64,000 nucleotides of DNA from an uncultured delta proteobacterium (GCA_963806225.1 CAWDXG010000004.1:2816001-2880000); one strand, 5' to 3'; shown: positions 1 to 10,813, counted from the first letter of the stretch. Numbers and translations are program-made. The notes: a model not told the origin generated them from the sequence alone.

Positions 1-1076
1 GGCTCCGAGAGGCTGCTGGTCCTGATCGACGGTGCGCTGAAGCACTACCGGGTCAATCATCGTCTCGAGACCCATCGCGCCTACCTCGAGCGGATCCTGG
101 GTGCGGTACCGGATATCTACCGTCTCCAGTCACCACAAGGCTTGCTGCACGCGGCGCTCGTGCATTTGAGCAACCTGGTTCAAGGCGGCGACGGTCTGGT
201 GGCGTCGGCCAACAATGGTCTGTTCGTGTTGAGCGCAGCCGACACGGGAGTCAGCATTCACGCCGGGACGGGAAAGTACGAAGGTGCTCAGCGGCTCGTC
301 GAGCTGGATCCGCGCGTGGCCGGGCTCGTCGCCGCAGGCATCGACGCCGAGGAACCGTACTTCGACCCGTCGAATGTGCTGCTCGTACCGCTACGCACAC
401 GCAGCGGCGATCGCGGCTGCATGTTGCTCGAGTGTTCGGGGAGCTCCACGGACGTGACCCGCCCCTCCGTTCTCTATGCACAGCTCGTGGTCGGGGCCCT
501 GGAGAACGTGCTCTTGTTCGAGCGCGCCACGGTGGACCAGCTCACTGGCACGCTGACGCGAGCGCACGGCATGCAGCGGCTGCGGGAGACCCTGAAGCTC
601 GCCGAGCGCTCCGAGCGGCCCACTAGCATCCTGATGCTCGACATCGACGAATTCAAGCAGATCAACGACCGTCTTGGTCACGCAGCTGGCGACCTCGTCC
701 TGCGGCAAATGGGCGAGGCGCTGCACGCCGCCCTTCGGGAGAGCGATATCGTCGCGCGCTACGGCGGCGAGGAGTTTCTCGTCGTGCTTCCCGATACCGA
801 TGCCGCGGGGAGCCTGGTGGCAGCAGAGCGTGTCCGTGCGGCGATCGAGGCGCTCGTGTCGAGTACGAGAGGCAGCCCGTCGCTATCTCCATCTCGGTGG
901 GTGTTGCGACCGCTCCGACCTCCAGACTGGCCAAGGACGTGCTACTGCGCCGCGCCGACTCGGCGCTGTACGCCGCCAAGGCGGCGGGTCGCAATCGCGT
1001 GTGCGCGGAGCAGCACGTGTCGGCCGGCGACGCCGCGAACGGCAGTCTCGTGGAGGACCGGCATGAAGCTTCTTGA
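1..1076 (+). CDS. Diguanylate cyclase (GGDEF) with upstream DUF3369-like region; 5' partial, frameshift near 856
   Basis: Frame is open from base 1. Motifs DQLTG, LMLDIDEFKQINDRLGHAAGD and RYGGEEF are present. The GGDEF C-terminus (ISISVGVA...RADSALYAAKAAGRNRV) continues in another frame and stops at TGA 1074-1076. Confidence 0.88.
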
Positions 1077-2448
1077 GCGACGCGCCGGGCCTACCCCGCA
1101 GCGTTGGGCGGATGACATCACCGATCTGCCTCGCTGGCAGCACCTCAACGCGCGGCGGTTTATCAAGGTGTGCATGGTGTTCAGCATCCCGATCAACCTC
1201 GTCGAGTTGAGCTTCGGGCTCACTGACACAAGGCGCACACTGGTGTTTCTCGCCGTGTTCAACGGCGTCTGGCTACTGGCGCTGGCGGCCGGGCGGCATG
1301 CGAGCACGAGGCGTCGGCCCGAAGCCTACTTGTTTGGGGTCAGCGTAGTGCTGGTCATCATGCTCTGCGTCACGCCGTGGCTGTCGATAGGGCACCACCG
1401 CCATATGGAGGATGTGCGCGTGCTGTATGCGCTGCCCTTGGCCGTGTCGACCTTCGCCTTGTGGGACCCGCGTATCACCTTGCTGTTTGGTGCCATCGCC
1501 GTCCCTGCGTCGGTCCTGGGCGAATGGTGGGCGACCGGCGTCATGCCAGCCGACGCCGTCAACCACCTCCTATTGGGAGCGTCACTTACTGCGGTGGGGG
1601 CCCTGTCCAACGCCTTCACGCGCCGCCTGTGGTCCCGGTGGGTGGCGTCGCGCGAACAGCTCACGGCCAGCGACCGCATGGTTCGGATGGGCAAGATGAC
1701 AGCGGGTATCGCTCACGAGCTGAAGACGCCGTTGGCGGCGACCGATGGCGCACTCTTGACGCTGCGGCGTCTGGAGGAGGAGCTGACCCAAAGCATCGGG
1801 CACCCCCAGGTTTCCGACGATGACCTGGGCGAAATCGTGCGTGAGATGAGCGCGCAACTCGAGCTCGCCAACCGCGCCAACCAGCGCGTGGCCGGCTTCG
1901 TCGGCGCCATTCGTCAACATACTCGCAGTCTAGTGAGCCAAGGGCACCATCGCTTTTCGGTGCGGGAGCAGGTGGCGCTGGTCCAGGTGTTATTTGCCCA
2001 TCGTCTCAAGCTCCTTGGAGTCGGCTTCGAGTACGAGGGAGATGCCGGAGCATCACTGTTCGGCGACCCGGGCAAGTTCGATCAGATCCTGACCAACCTG
2101 CTCGGCAACGCGCTCGATGCCATCGGTGAGTCCGGGGTTGGAAGTCGGGTCGTTGCGCGAGCAGAACAGCGCCCCGACGGCGTGACGCTGCAGGTGATGG
2201 ACGACGGCCCCGGGGTTCCCCCTGCAATCCGTGGCCGCATCTTCGACTACCTGTTCACGACCCGCAGCGCGGCGAACGGCACGGGGCTGGGCCTGGCTAT
2301 CTGCCGCGACATCGCCACCGGCGATTTTTCCGGCTCTCTGGAGTTTGCCGAGTCCGGAAAGGGCGCGCGCTTCGTGCTACGGCTTCGCGATGTGGCGGAG
2401 TCCGCGCGCCAGGTGCAGCCCGCGTCGGCCTTCGTTCCCGCTGCTTGA
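1063..2448 (+). CDS. Membrane sensor histidine kinase
   Basis: GGAGG at 1052-1056 precedes ATG 1063. Several TM segments, H-box AHELKTP, N-box NLLGNALDA, DDGPG and GTGLGL. Confidence 0.9.
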   Translation: MKLLERRAGPTPQRWADDITDLPRWQHLNARRFIKVCMVFSIPINLVELSFGLTDTRRTLVFLAVFNGVWLLALAAGRHASTRRRPEAYLFGVSVVLVIMLCVTPWLSIGHHRHMEDVRVLYALPLAVSTFALWDPRITLLFGAIAVPASVLGEWWATGVMPADAVNHLLLGASLTAVGALSNAFTRRLWSRWVASREQLTASDRMVRMGKMTAGIAHELKTPLAATDGALLTLRRLEEELTQSIGHPQVSDDDLGEIVREMSAQLELANRANQRVAGFVGAIRQHTRSLVSQGHHRFSVREQVALVQVLFAHRLKLLGVGFEYEGDAGASLFGDPGKFDQILTNLLGNALDAIGESGVGSRVVARAEQRPDGVTLQVMDDGPGVPPAIRGRIFDYLFTTRSAANGTGLGLAICRDIATGDFSGSLEFAESGKGARFVLRLRDVAESARQVQPASAFVPAA

Positions 2449-2481
2449 AGAATCCGGGCATCCCCGACAGCCGGCGCACCG

Positions 2482-3543
2482 GTGGCGCAGGCCGCGCCGC
2501 CCGTCGCGCTCGAGCCGGCCGTTTCCGCGTCGCTAGCTGTGCTGAACGGCGGTCCGCGTTACAGTCCGGCCATGCCGGTCGCGCCCGATCTGCCTCGAGT
2601 CGGAATGCCGTCGATCGTCGAGTCGCTGGGGCTCCGCCCGCTTGGGGAGCGGCTCAGGCAGGCCGCGATCGCGCTGCGCGGCGCCGAGGACGTTCCGCCG
2701 TCGAAGTTCGGGCCCTCCAGCCTGCGCCTGCTGTCACCGCGCTTGGCGCTGCCGCTGTGGTCGGGGCGGTTCGTGGTGCCGCGCCACGCGATCGTGACCA
2801 ACCTGTTCAACCACACCCAGACCCCGATCGCGGACGGCTGGTCGGTGAAGAAGACCCAGGTCCGCGACTTCCGCGGTGGCGCGCTCACCTACAACAGCCA
2901 CAACGGCAGCGACCTGTCGATTCCGCGTGGCACCCTGGTGGTGGCGCCGGCGCCAGCCCGGGTCGCGCGCATCGCCGCCGAGTTCAACCGGGGCGGCCTG
3001 AAGGTGATGCTCGACCACGGTGACGGGCTCTGCACCTGCTCGGCCCACCTGGCCCGGGCGCTGGTCAAGGAGGGCGACTTGATCGCCCGCGGCCAGCCGT
3101 ACGCCGTGTCGGGCTACAGCGGCCTGGACGGCCTGGTCAGTTTCCCGTTCGGCATCCCTCACGTCCACTTCAACACCTGGCTCGACGGAGAGCCGGTCGA
3201 TCCGTTCCATGACGACCCCGAGCAGAGCCTGTGGCTGGGCGGTCGCCCGACTCCCGCGACCGGGGACGAGGCCGATCCGCCCTGGACACCCGATGAGCTC
3301 GATCGAGCTGCGATCGACGAGGTGATCGCGGGTTGCCTGACCGCCACGGTGCGCGAGCGGCTGGCCGGGCTCGAGCCGCTCGAGCGCCGGGTCTACTACC
3401 TGATCTGGGAGCAGAACTACTACCCGACCCGGTTTTCGATCAGACGCCGTCTCTACCTGCGCGCTCATCCGCGCCGACCGCGGTTCAGCCTGCCCTTCCC
3501 CGCCCGCGATTTCGACGGGGTGGTGTTCGCCGATCAGCTGTAG
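2482..3543 (+). CDS. M23 family metallopeptidase (start uncertain, possibly 2572)
   Basis: HNGSD (HxxxD), VVAPAPA, SAHL and PHVHF (HxH) motifs. Confidence 0.85.
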   Translation: MAQAAPPVALEPAVSASLAVLNGGPRYSPAMPVAPDLPRVGMPSIVESLGLRPLGERLRQAAIALRGAEDVPPSKFGPSSLRLLSPRLALPLWSGRFVVPRHAIVTNLFNHTQTPIADGWSVKKTQVRDFRGGALTYNSHNGSDLSIPRGTLVVAPAPARVARIAAEFNRGGLKVMLDHGDGLCTCSAHLARALVKEGDLIARGQPYAVSGYSGLDGLVSFPFGIPHVHFNTWLDGEPVDPFHDDPEQSLWLGGRPTPATGDEADPPWTPDELDRAAIDEVIAGCLTATVRERLAGLEPLERRVYYLIWEQNYYPTRFSIRRRLYLRAHPRRPRFSLPFPARDFDGVVFADQL

Positions 3544-3620
3544 AGCCCGCGCAGAACCGCATGGTCGACGTGGCAGCGGGCGTGGCCGATCTGGCGGTGC
3601 GCTTCAGGAAGACCGACAGG

Positions 3621-4760
3621 TCAGCGCAGGATCTGCGAGTTGATGACGTTCGCGGGCTCTTTCGCGATGACGTAGAAGCCCGGCAGACCAGGGGTCTCGA
3701 AGGTGCCCTTCGGGTTGTCCCGCGTGGTGGAATCCTTGATGGTGATGGTCCCGGTCTTGTTGTTGCTCACGAAGAAGATGGCACTGCCGCCCTCGTTCGC
3801 CTTGCAGTGCTCGATCAGACTGCTCTCGAGATTCATCACGATCTCGTTGCCGTCGTTGTAGATGGCGCCGCCGTTGCCGCCCTGGCCGCTATTCGCGCCG
3901 TGGCCGACCGCGTCGTTGTAGGAAAACAACGAGTTGAGGATGTTCCACGACACACCGATGCTGCTGAGCGCACCGCCGTTCGCGCCGTGGTTGCCGTAGC
4001 CGGACTTGCCGCCGAAGGTGCTGTTGACGATCCACACCGGCCTCGCCGGGCCGGCGCCAGGCGCCACCAGGTAGTCGAGCTTGCGGATCGCGCCTCCGCC
4101 CAGGTCGGAGCCGAGATCGTCGCACACGTTGTTGAAGAAGCGGCAGTGCACGACCTTCAGACTGCCGCCCTGCGCGTAGATAGCGCCGCCGCCGGCTCCG
4201 TTGTTCTTGCTTTCGGGGATGCCCCTCGCGCTGCCGTCGACGAAGGTGAGGTTCTGCACCACAAGCGTGGGGCCGGGATTGGTGTTGCAGTCGCCCGACC
4301 CGGACGGGTATCCACCGTGCGACTTGTCGCAGGTGGACATGTAGAGGATGCGCCGCTGCCCCTGGCCGCTCAGCGTCACTTTGTTGCCGCCGTCGATGAC
4401 GACCCTCGAGACGCTGTTGTACACATTCGCCGTCGCGGTCAGCTTGATCGTGACCGGATCGGGCCCACAGTCGAAGGTGACGACGCCGCCCTTCTTCACC
4501 GCTGCTACGAACGCATCGCTGGTGCAGCTCGCCGCGGTGCCCGTGCCGATGACCGTGGTGGGCTTGGAGACGTCCTCGGCCTGACCAGCGGCGGGAACGG
4601 TCGCGTGACCATTCGCCCAGCCCGCAGGCGGCCCGTCCTGCGGATTCGTCTGCGGGGCGGGGGAAGTGGAGCCTCCGCCGCTGCTCGAACTGCAGGCGGC
4701 CAGCGTGGAAAGTGCGATGAACGCCGTAGCGAGAAGCCCTGACGAAGATGCGCGAAGCAT
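3621..4760 (-). CDS. Lipoprotein with predicted beta-helix / polymorphic GGAI repeats
   Basis: Lipobox-like LAAC; repeated GGAIY, GGAIR and GGAL motifs with FxxN. Confidence 0.75.
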   Translation of the reverse strand: MLRASSSGLLATAFIALSTLAACSSSSGGGSTSPAPQTNPQDGPPAGWANGHATVPAAGQAEDVSKPTTVIGTGTAASCTSDAFVAAVKKGGVVTFDCGPDPVTIKLTATANVYNSVSRVVIDGGNKVTLSGQGQRRILYMSTCDKSHGGYPSGSGDCNTNPGPTLVVQNLTFVDGSARGIPESKNNGAGGGAIYAQGGSLKVVHCRFFNNVCDDLGSDLGGGAIRKLDYLVAPGAGPARPVWIVNSTFGGKSGYGNHGANGGALSSIGVSWNILNSLFSYNDAVGHGANSGQGGNGGAIYNDGNEIVMNLESSLIEHCKANEGGSAIFFVSNNKTGTITIKDSTTRDNPKGTFETPGLPGFYVIAKEPANVINSQILR

Positions 4761-4844
4761 CTTCTGATTGTATCGCTCCGACCCATCACGCCGCAACGGG
4801 CGGGCAGCCGCTACAGGCGTGCCTCCGCCCCTGGCGCCGGGATC

Positions 4845-5849
4845 TCAGCGACCCTCGTCTGCCTTCGCTGCCTTGTCCAGGTAGTCCTGGATCCGCTTCA
4901 GGCTCTCGGCGCGGTCCTTCTTCTCCTGCTCCTTGTCCACTGGGTCCGCGACGAGGGGCTTGGGCTCGGCGACCTTCCTGAGCTTGACCCCCATGAACAA
5001 GCCCATCTCCGGGTTTCCTTGCCAGGTCCAGTAGCCGGGTACCGGCGATTCGAAGTGGAAGGTGACCTCCCCGGTGCCCGTTGCCGCGACGCTTCCCTTC
5101 GTCGCGGGCTGCTTGAGCTGGGTCTTGGCCTTCACCACGCCCTCATCGATGGACGAGACGGTGTAGGTCTCCGCGTAGTGGTGGGGAACGTCCACGTCGA
5201 CGCGAAAGCGGGCGCCCTTGCCGACGGGCTTGTCCGGTAGCGGTCGCACGGCCATCACAAAGTCGGGGTCGGGTTTCGGCAGTTCCTGCCCGGGAGCCGC
5301 GCCCACGCCGTACGCCGAAATCTGTCCTGTGGGCGAAGCGACATACCAGGCGAAGCGGCGGAAGTTGTCGTGTTCCACGGACACCTCGATGCGCGCGAGC
5401 TCGCCGCGCTTGCAGCGCACCCGGAACAGAAACGCTACCGAGCCGCTGCGGCCGAAGTGCGGAGTCTCGTCCTCGCTTTGCCCTGACGAATACAGACCCC
5501 ACTCGGTGCCGCCCGGCGTGAAGCGGTAGCGCATCGATGTCCGTGGCTCCGAGCCCGGCGCTTCCAGCGTGACCTGCCGCTTGGGCATCAGGGTCGCGGT
5601 CTCGTAGCGGAACGCCGCCGTGGTCTTCGGCGCGATGCAATCATCGCCAGCCGGCAGCAGAACCGCCGCACCCTTCTTGATAGCCGCACTCGCGGCAGCC
5701 TCCGGCGCAATAGCCTTGGGCGTGCGCGGAGCGGCACTGTTCGCACCGACAGCCGCGGCCGGCTTGGCACTCGCCCCCGACGGCTTCGACGACTTGCAGG
5801 CCGTGAGCGCCAGCGCAGCGACAGCAAGGGTCGTAGAGTATCGCCTCAT
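4845..5849 (-). CDS. Hypothetical lipoprotein
   Basis: MRRYSTTLAVAALALTAC signal/lipobox followed by an Ala/Pro linker. Confidence 0.7.
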   Translation of the reverse strand: MRRYSTTLAVAALALTACKSSKPSGASAKPAAAVGANSAAPRTPKAIAPEAAASAAIKKGAAVLLPAGDDCIAPKTTAAFRYETATLMPKRQVTLEAPGSEPRTSMRYRFTPGGTEWGLYSSGQSEDETPHFGRSGSVAFLFRVRCKRGELARIEVSVEHDNFRRFAWYVASPTGQISAYGVGAAPGQELPKPDPDFVMAVRPLPDKPVGKGARFRVDVDVPHHYAETYTVSSIDEGVVKAKTQLKQPATKGSVAATGTGEVTFHFESPVPGYWTWQGNPEMGLFMGVKLRKVAEPKPLVADPVDKEQEKKDRAESLKRIQDYLDKAAKADEGR

Positions 5850-6111
5850 CCTACCTCCCGGCAACACGAGCCTGGCGGCATGACCGCCAGCACCACCCTA
5901 TCATCCAGCCGCCACGTCGGCGGCATCGCAAGCCCCACGATGCCCACGAGATCGCTCCTTCCACGCGAATCGGGTCAACCGCTGCATGCGCCGCGCGATC
6001 GCCAGCAAGCGCGAGCTGATGAAGCTCGGCGTGCCCAGTACGGATTGACTATGGAAGCGCAGACCCGGCTGCCCTAACCTCGCGTCGTCCAGTCTTGCCG
6101 GAAAGTCAGAC

Positions 6112-6719
6112 GTGCAAAACGGCGGTTTCGACGGCGTTGGCGGGGTGCGCGAAGGCGACATCCTGGCCGGCAAGTACCGGATCGAGAAGATCCTGGGCAC
6201 CGGCGGCATGGGCGTCGTAGTCGCTGCGCAACACATCCACCTGGACGACAAGGTCGCGCTCGAGTTCCTGCTGCCGCAAGCGACGAAGAGCCCGGAGGCG
6301 GTCGCGCGATTTGCGCGGGAAGCGCGCGCAGCCGTGAAGATCAAGCGCGAGCACGTTGCGCGGGTGAGCGACGTGGGCACGCTGGAAAGCGGCGCTCCCG
6401 TGGCGCAAGGGGCGGCCGCAACAATGGCGCAAGCCGCGCAGAGCGTGTCCGACGCCAGCGTCGCGCCACGCAAGTCGCCCCGATCGATTCCGCGTCGGAC
6501 CGGCAAGCCCAGCAAGCCAACAGTGCGACGCCAGCGCAGTCGGCCATCGCCCAGCCGCCGCCGCCGGCTCCCGCCCCCAGGACGACGAGCGCGAAGCCAG
6601 CGGTCGCCGTCGCCGTGCCGCAGCCATTGCCTCGGCCGCCGGCGGCGAAGCCAGCGCCTGTCGCGAATCCCGCGCCCAAGAAGCCATCCGTCGATTCGCT
6701 GATCAACGATCGCCAGTGA
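6112..6719 (+). pseudogene. Internally deleted Ser/Thr kinase
   Basis: N-lobe (LGTGGMGVV, VALEF, ...DVGTLESGAP) joins directly to a Pro/Ala-rich tail that ends SLINDRQ* in another frame. No HRD or DFG motif. Confidence 0.85.
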
Positions 6720-6804
6720 AGCGCGACGGGCAGACAAAGAGCGAGCCGCGGTGGAAGCAACGCCCGCCGTGGGCCCGAACCAGGCCGCGCTTCCGCTCGC
6801 GTGT

Positions 6805-9246
6805 CTAGTGCAAGCTCGCGAGTGCCTCGTCGAGCGATTCCTCGGGCCCTCGCCAGGCGACGCCGACGCGAGCGGCGCGCTCCTGCACGCGGACGCGCAG
6901 CGCCTCGAAGCGAGGGTCGCCGCGCAGCGGATCGAGCAGCTTCAGCCGGTTCATCCAGCCCAGGTCGAGCAACCCTTCGTTCACTGCCGCTTCGACCAGC
7001 TCGAGCACGCCCTCGCGATGACCGGTGATTGCCGCAACCTCGGCCGCCATCTGGTAGCCGAAGCGCCGCCCGCGACTCTGCGGAGACGCCCGCACCACCT
7101 GCGCTTCGACCGGAGCGCGGATCTCGGCGAGCGGCCGGACATGTCCGGATTTCCGGTCCTGGCGGGCGCGATCGTACGCCTCGATCAACATGGCCATGCG
7201 TTTGTCGGCGCCCTCGGGTGCGGGCAGTGCACCGGCGTCCGGCGCGCCCGGCCACGACCACAGGCGCGCCTCGTGGATCCGGGACTGCCCCTTCCAATCG
7301 GGACCCTTCCCTCCCGCGTGAAGCTCTCGCGCGCGCTCGAAGTTGCCGTCCAGCGCCGCGTCGCGCATTAGATCCAAGCGCGCCCAGCGCTGGTCGGGGT
7401 CCAGCCACAGCGCCCGCTCCAGGTGCACGATCGCGTCCGCTCTCTCGTCGGCCTCGAGCAGGATGCGCCCGGCCAGATCATGCGCGTCGGAGCTGCTCGG
7501 CGCGAGCGTCAGCGCGTGGCGCAGCGCACGGATCGCGCCAGCCGGGTCGCCCTCCTGGTTGAAGCGTGTCGCAGCCAGCGCGATCCACGGCTCGGCCATC
7601 CGCTCTCCCGCGACCAGTGCGCGGCGCAGGTACTGCACCACCTCCGCGCGATCGATGCTCGAGAACAGGTTCCGGCCCAGGTGAGCGTGGACGTAGCCGG
7701 CCAGGATCGTCGGATCGTCTGGCGCGCGCGCGAGGGCCTGTGCGAACAGCCCCTTCGCCTCGATCATGCCCGCGTCCTTCCAGAAGCGACCGATGGCGTG
7801 GCGTGCCCGGAAGTACAGATCGACCGCGATCGGATCGGTCGGCTGCGGCCGCGGGGCTTCGGTGTGCTTGGCGGCCAGCGCCGACGCGATGCCGCGCGCC
7901 ACGTCGTCGTTCAGCGCGAAGGCCTCGCCTGCCGGCCGCTCGAAGCGCGACGACCAGATCTGGAAGCCGTCGGCCACGCCCACCAGTCGCGCGCTCACGC
8001 GGATCAGCTCGCCGGCGCGGCGCACCGAGCCGTCGACCACCACGTCCACGCCCAGCCGCCGCCCCGTCTCCACCACATCCCGATCCGACGCCTCGGCGTA
8101 GCCGCGACCGCGCACGCGCAGCCCCTGCACCGTGGCCAGCATGTCCACCAGATCCTCGAGCAGGCCCTCGACGAAGTACTCGTCGTCGCTCGAGCCGAGG
8201 TTCCTGAACGGCACCACCGCCACCGAGCGCTCGCGTGGCGGCGGAACCGCGGAGCGGCGCGGAGCAGGTTCTGGAGCGTCGTCGGACGCGTCCACCGCCG
8301 ACAGGGCGCGGAGGAGCTCGTCGTCCGAAGCGTAGCGCTCGTCGCGATCGCGAGCGAGGCAGCGCAGCACGACCGCCGCGAGGCCCGGTGAGAGCCCCGG
8401 TCTCTCGTCACGGGGATCGGGGGGCGGCTCGACGAGGCGAGCCGCCGCGACAGCGAACGGAGACGTTCCCGGCCACGCCTGCCGCCCCGTCAGCATCTCG
8501 AACAGGATCGCGCCGAACGCGTAGATGTCGGCGCGAGCGTCGAGCTGCACGTTCCCGCCGACCTGCTCGGGGGCCATGTAGGCGGGCGTCCCGACGGTCT
8601 TTCCGGCCGTCTTCGACGCGCTTCCGGGTGCGTCGGCGCGGGCGATACCGAAATCGGTGATGACGACCCGCCCACCCGACTCGAGCAGCACGTTGTCGGG
8701 CTTCAGATCGCGATGGACCACCCCCACGGCGTGTGCGGCGCTCATGCCAGCCGCGATGGCGCGCGCGACGTCCAGGGTTTCGCTGGTCGACGGAACACCC
8801 TTCTCGAGGCGATCCGAAAGGGGCTCGCCGACGATCAGCTCCATGGTCAGGAACTTCTGCCCCTCGTGCTCGCCGATGTCGAAGGTGCGGGCGACGTTCT
8901 TGTGGGTCACGCGTCGCGCCAGGCGCACTTCCTGCCGGAAGCGCTCCACCATGTCCTCCGACTCGAGGAAGTCCTGGTGCAGCATCTTGAGCGCCACCGT
9001 CTCGCCGAGCTCGCGGTCCACGGCGCGGTAGACGCGCCCCATTCCTCCCTGGCCGAGGAGTCCTGCGATCTCGTAGCGGTCCGCGATGACCGTCGGCCCC
9101 GCGCCTACCGACGGCCCCGCGCCTACCGACGACGTTGCAGCGTGGTCGGCCGCGACCGTCGGGTCGGTCCCCACGCGCACGGACGACGCTGTTGCGTGGT
9201 CCGCCGGGTGCGTCGGATCGGTCGGTCCCACATCGCGGGCGCCCAT
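6805..9246 (-). CDS. Ser/Thr protein kinase with TolB-like and TPR C-terminal region
   Basis: GQGGMG, VALK, HRDLKPDN, DFG and GTPAYMAPE; SVAVVPFRNL TolB-like motif; helical repeats. Confidence 0.92.
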   Translation of the reverse strand: MGARDVGPTDPTHPADHATASSVRVGTDPTVAADHAATSSVGAGPSVGAGPTVIADRYEIAGLLGQGGMGRVYRAVDRELGETVALKMLHQDFLESEDMVERFRQEVRLARRVTHKNVARTFDIGEHEGQKFLTMELIVGEPLSDRLEKGVPSTSETLDVARAIAAGMSAAHAVGVVHRDLKPDNVLLESGGRVVITDFGIARADAPGSASKTAGKTVGTPAYMAPEQVGGNVQLDARADIYAFGAILFEMLTGRQAWPGTSPFAVAAARLVEPPPDPRDERPGLSPGLAAVVLRCLARDRDERYASDDELLRALSAVDASDDAPEPAPRRSAVPPPRERSVAVVPFRNLGSSDDEYFVEGLLEDLVDMLATVQGLRVRGRGYAEASDRDVVETGRRLGVDVVVDGSVRRAGELIRVSARLVGVADGFQIWSSRFERPAGEAFALNDDVARGIASALAAKHTEAPRPQPTDPIAVDLYFRARHAIGRFWKDAGMIEAKGLFAQALARAPDDPTILAGYVHAHLGRNLFSSIDRAEVVQYLRRALVAGERMAEPWIALAATRFNQEGDPAGAIRALRHALTLAPSSSDAHDLAGRILLEADERADAIVHLERALWLDPDQRWARLDLMRDAALDGNFERARELHAGGKGPDWKGQSRIHEARLWSWPGAPDAGALPAPEGADKRMAMLIEAYDRARQDRKSGHVRPLAEIRAPVEAQVVRASPQSRGRRFGYQMAAEVAAITGHREGVLELVEAAVNEGLLDLGWMNRLKLLDPLRGDPRFEALRVRVQERAARVGVAWRGPEESLDEALASLH

Positions 9247-9283
9247 GGCTCCGCGAGCATAGCAAGGATTCGGCGAACCCCGG

Positions 9284-10294
9284 GTGGTTTCCGGGCAATC
9301 GGACGGCCATCCGCGAAACGCTGCGGCCCTGCCGCATATGCCGCATCGAGCACGCGCTGGCGCTCGAGCACCCGGCGCTACCGAGCGGCTTGACCGCCGC
9401 GCGCGACCGGGAAATCCTGTCGCCGTGGGACAACCACGCGGAAACAACTCCCGCGCCCGGACGCTCCGCGTCGGGATCGCGCTCGGCTCCAAGGCGCGCG
9501 CTCGCGGCTCGAGCCACGAGGCGGAGTTGCGTGGGCGACTCGACAGCTTCTGCGACGCGCTGTCCGGGGCGACCTCCCTGGCGGTTCCCGGCTCGATCGT
9601 GCTGGACTATCCCGCGCTGCTGGGCGACATGCGCGACGGCGTGGTGGACCTGGGTTGGCTGCCGCCCATCGTCGCACTCAAAGCATTCGACGTGCGGCGC
9701 GCGCAGCCGCTCGCACTGCCGGTCCGCAACGGGCATGCGGTGTATCACACGGCACTCTTCGCGAGGGAAGGCTCACCGCTGCGGAGCACCGAAGATCTCG
9801 TCGGGGTCCGGGCAGCCTGGGTCGACCCCTTCAGCGCGTCGGGCTATCTCGTGATCCGCGCGGCGCTGCGTTCCCGTGGCGTGGACGTCGAGCGCGCGTT
9901 CTCGAGGCAGACCTTCGTGGACTCGCACGAGCGGGTGGTAGAAGAGGTCGCGTGCGGGCGTGCGGACGTCGCCGCAACATTCGTCCATTACGATGCCACC
10001 GGGGACATTGTGCGCGCTGGATGGGACAGCGAGCCCATGCAGGTGGTGACCAGCTTCGGCCCCATCCCCTCCGACATGATTGCGGCCTCACTGCATGCAC
10101 CCGTCTGGACTGTCGAGCGCGCGAAGGATGCGCTGCTCGGTGCCGGCAATGCCGTCCTCGCACAAGCGACGAACGAGCTGCTCGAAGCCGAGGGGCTCGT
10201 CGGCGCCAGCGCCGATCACCTCACACCCCTGACCTCGGTGCTGCGCTTCCTGGATGATCCGGTGCGCGACACGATCATGCCCGGCCCCAGGTAG
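9284..10294 (+). CDS. PhnD/SsuA-like substrate-binding-fold protein (start uncertain)
   Basis: VDLGWLPP, AAWVDPFSASGY, SHERVV...GRADVAA and PIPSD motifs typical of the phosphonate-binding family. Confidence 0.8.
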   Translation: MVSGQSDGHPRNAAALPHMPHRARAGARAPGATERLDRRARPGNPVAVGQPRGNNSRARTLRVGIALGSKARARGSSHEAELRGRLDSFCDALSGATSLAVPGSIVLDYPALLGDMRDGVVDLGWLPPIVALKAFDVRRAQPLALPVRNGHAVYHTALFAREGSPLRSTEDLVGVRAAWVDPFSASGYLVIRAALRSRGVDVERAFSRQTFVDSHERVVEEVACGRADVAATFVHYDATGDIVRAGWDSEPMQVVTSFGPIPSDMIAASLHAPVWTVERAKDALLGAGNAVLAQATNELLEAEGLVGASADHLTPLTSVLRFLDDPVRDTIMPGPR

Positions 10295-10335
10295 CCACAA
10301 GCTCTAGCGCAACGGCGCCGGGCCTGGCGACGACC

Positions 10336-10677
10336 TCAACTACAACTGACCAGCACCTTGCTCTGGGGCCCGCCCGGGAATCCGCTCACGCAGGTCGAGG
10401 CATGGTCGCGTGGACAGACGCAATTGCACGCCGCGTCCACGGTCGGGTAGCACAGCCCGTCGCTTCCCAGCCACGGGCAGGGCCCTGCCGTGTAGGGCGA
10501 CGTGCCTTCTACGCACGGCCCCAGATTGTGGCTCCCGTCGTTGTAGCTGGTGCTCGAGCCACCGTCCGGAGATGCGCCGCCCGCGCCGTTGCCCTGCTGC
10601 ACGACCCGGCCGCCGCACGCCGGGAGCAGTGTCAGCGAGCTCGCGATGCCTAGTGAAAGAAGCCACACCCCGCGCAT
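10336..10677 (-). CDS. Small Cys-rich lipoprotein
   Basis: MRGVWLL...LPAC signal and a Cys-rich C-terminus. Confidence 0.65.
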   Translation of the reverse strand: MRGVWLLSLGIASSLTLLPACGGRVVQQGNGAGGASPDGGSSTSYNDGSHNLGPCVEGTSPYTAGPCPWLGSDGLCYPTVDAACNCVCPRDHASTCVSGFPGGPQSKVLVSCS

Positions 10678-10813
10678 CGATGCATCATGGCAGCGCGGTG
10701 TGTTTCCGGCAAGACGCGTGGGCAAGGGAGGCGCCGTGCCCCGAGGCGTGTGGTATCCTGGCAGACTGGTGTGATCGCCGGCGTGTGCCGGACGTGGATG
10801 CGGAGAGGACTCG

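Noticed and set aside
142..2448. 768-aa GGDEF-histidine kinase fusion
   Set aside because: The GGDEF C-terminus lies in another frame, and the kinase has its own RBS and ATG at 1063. The fusion results from a frameshift near 856.
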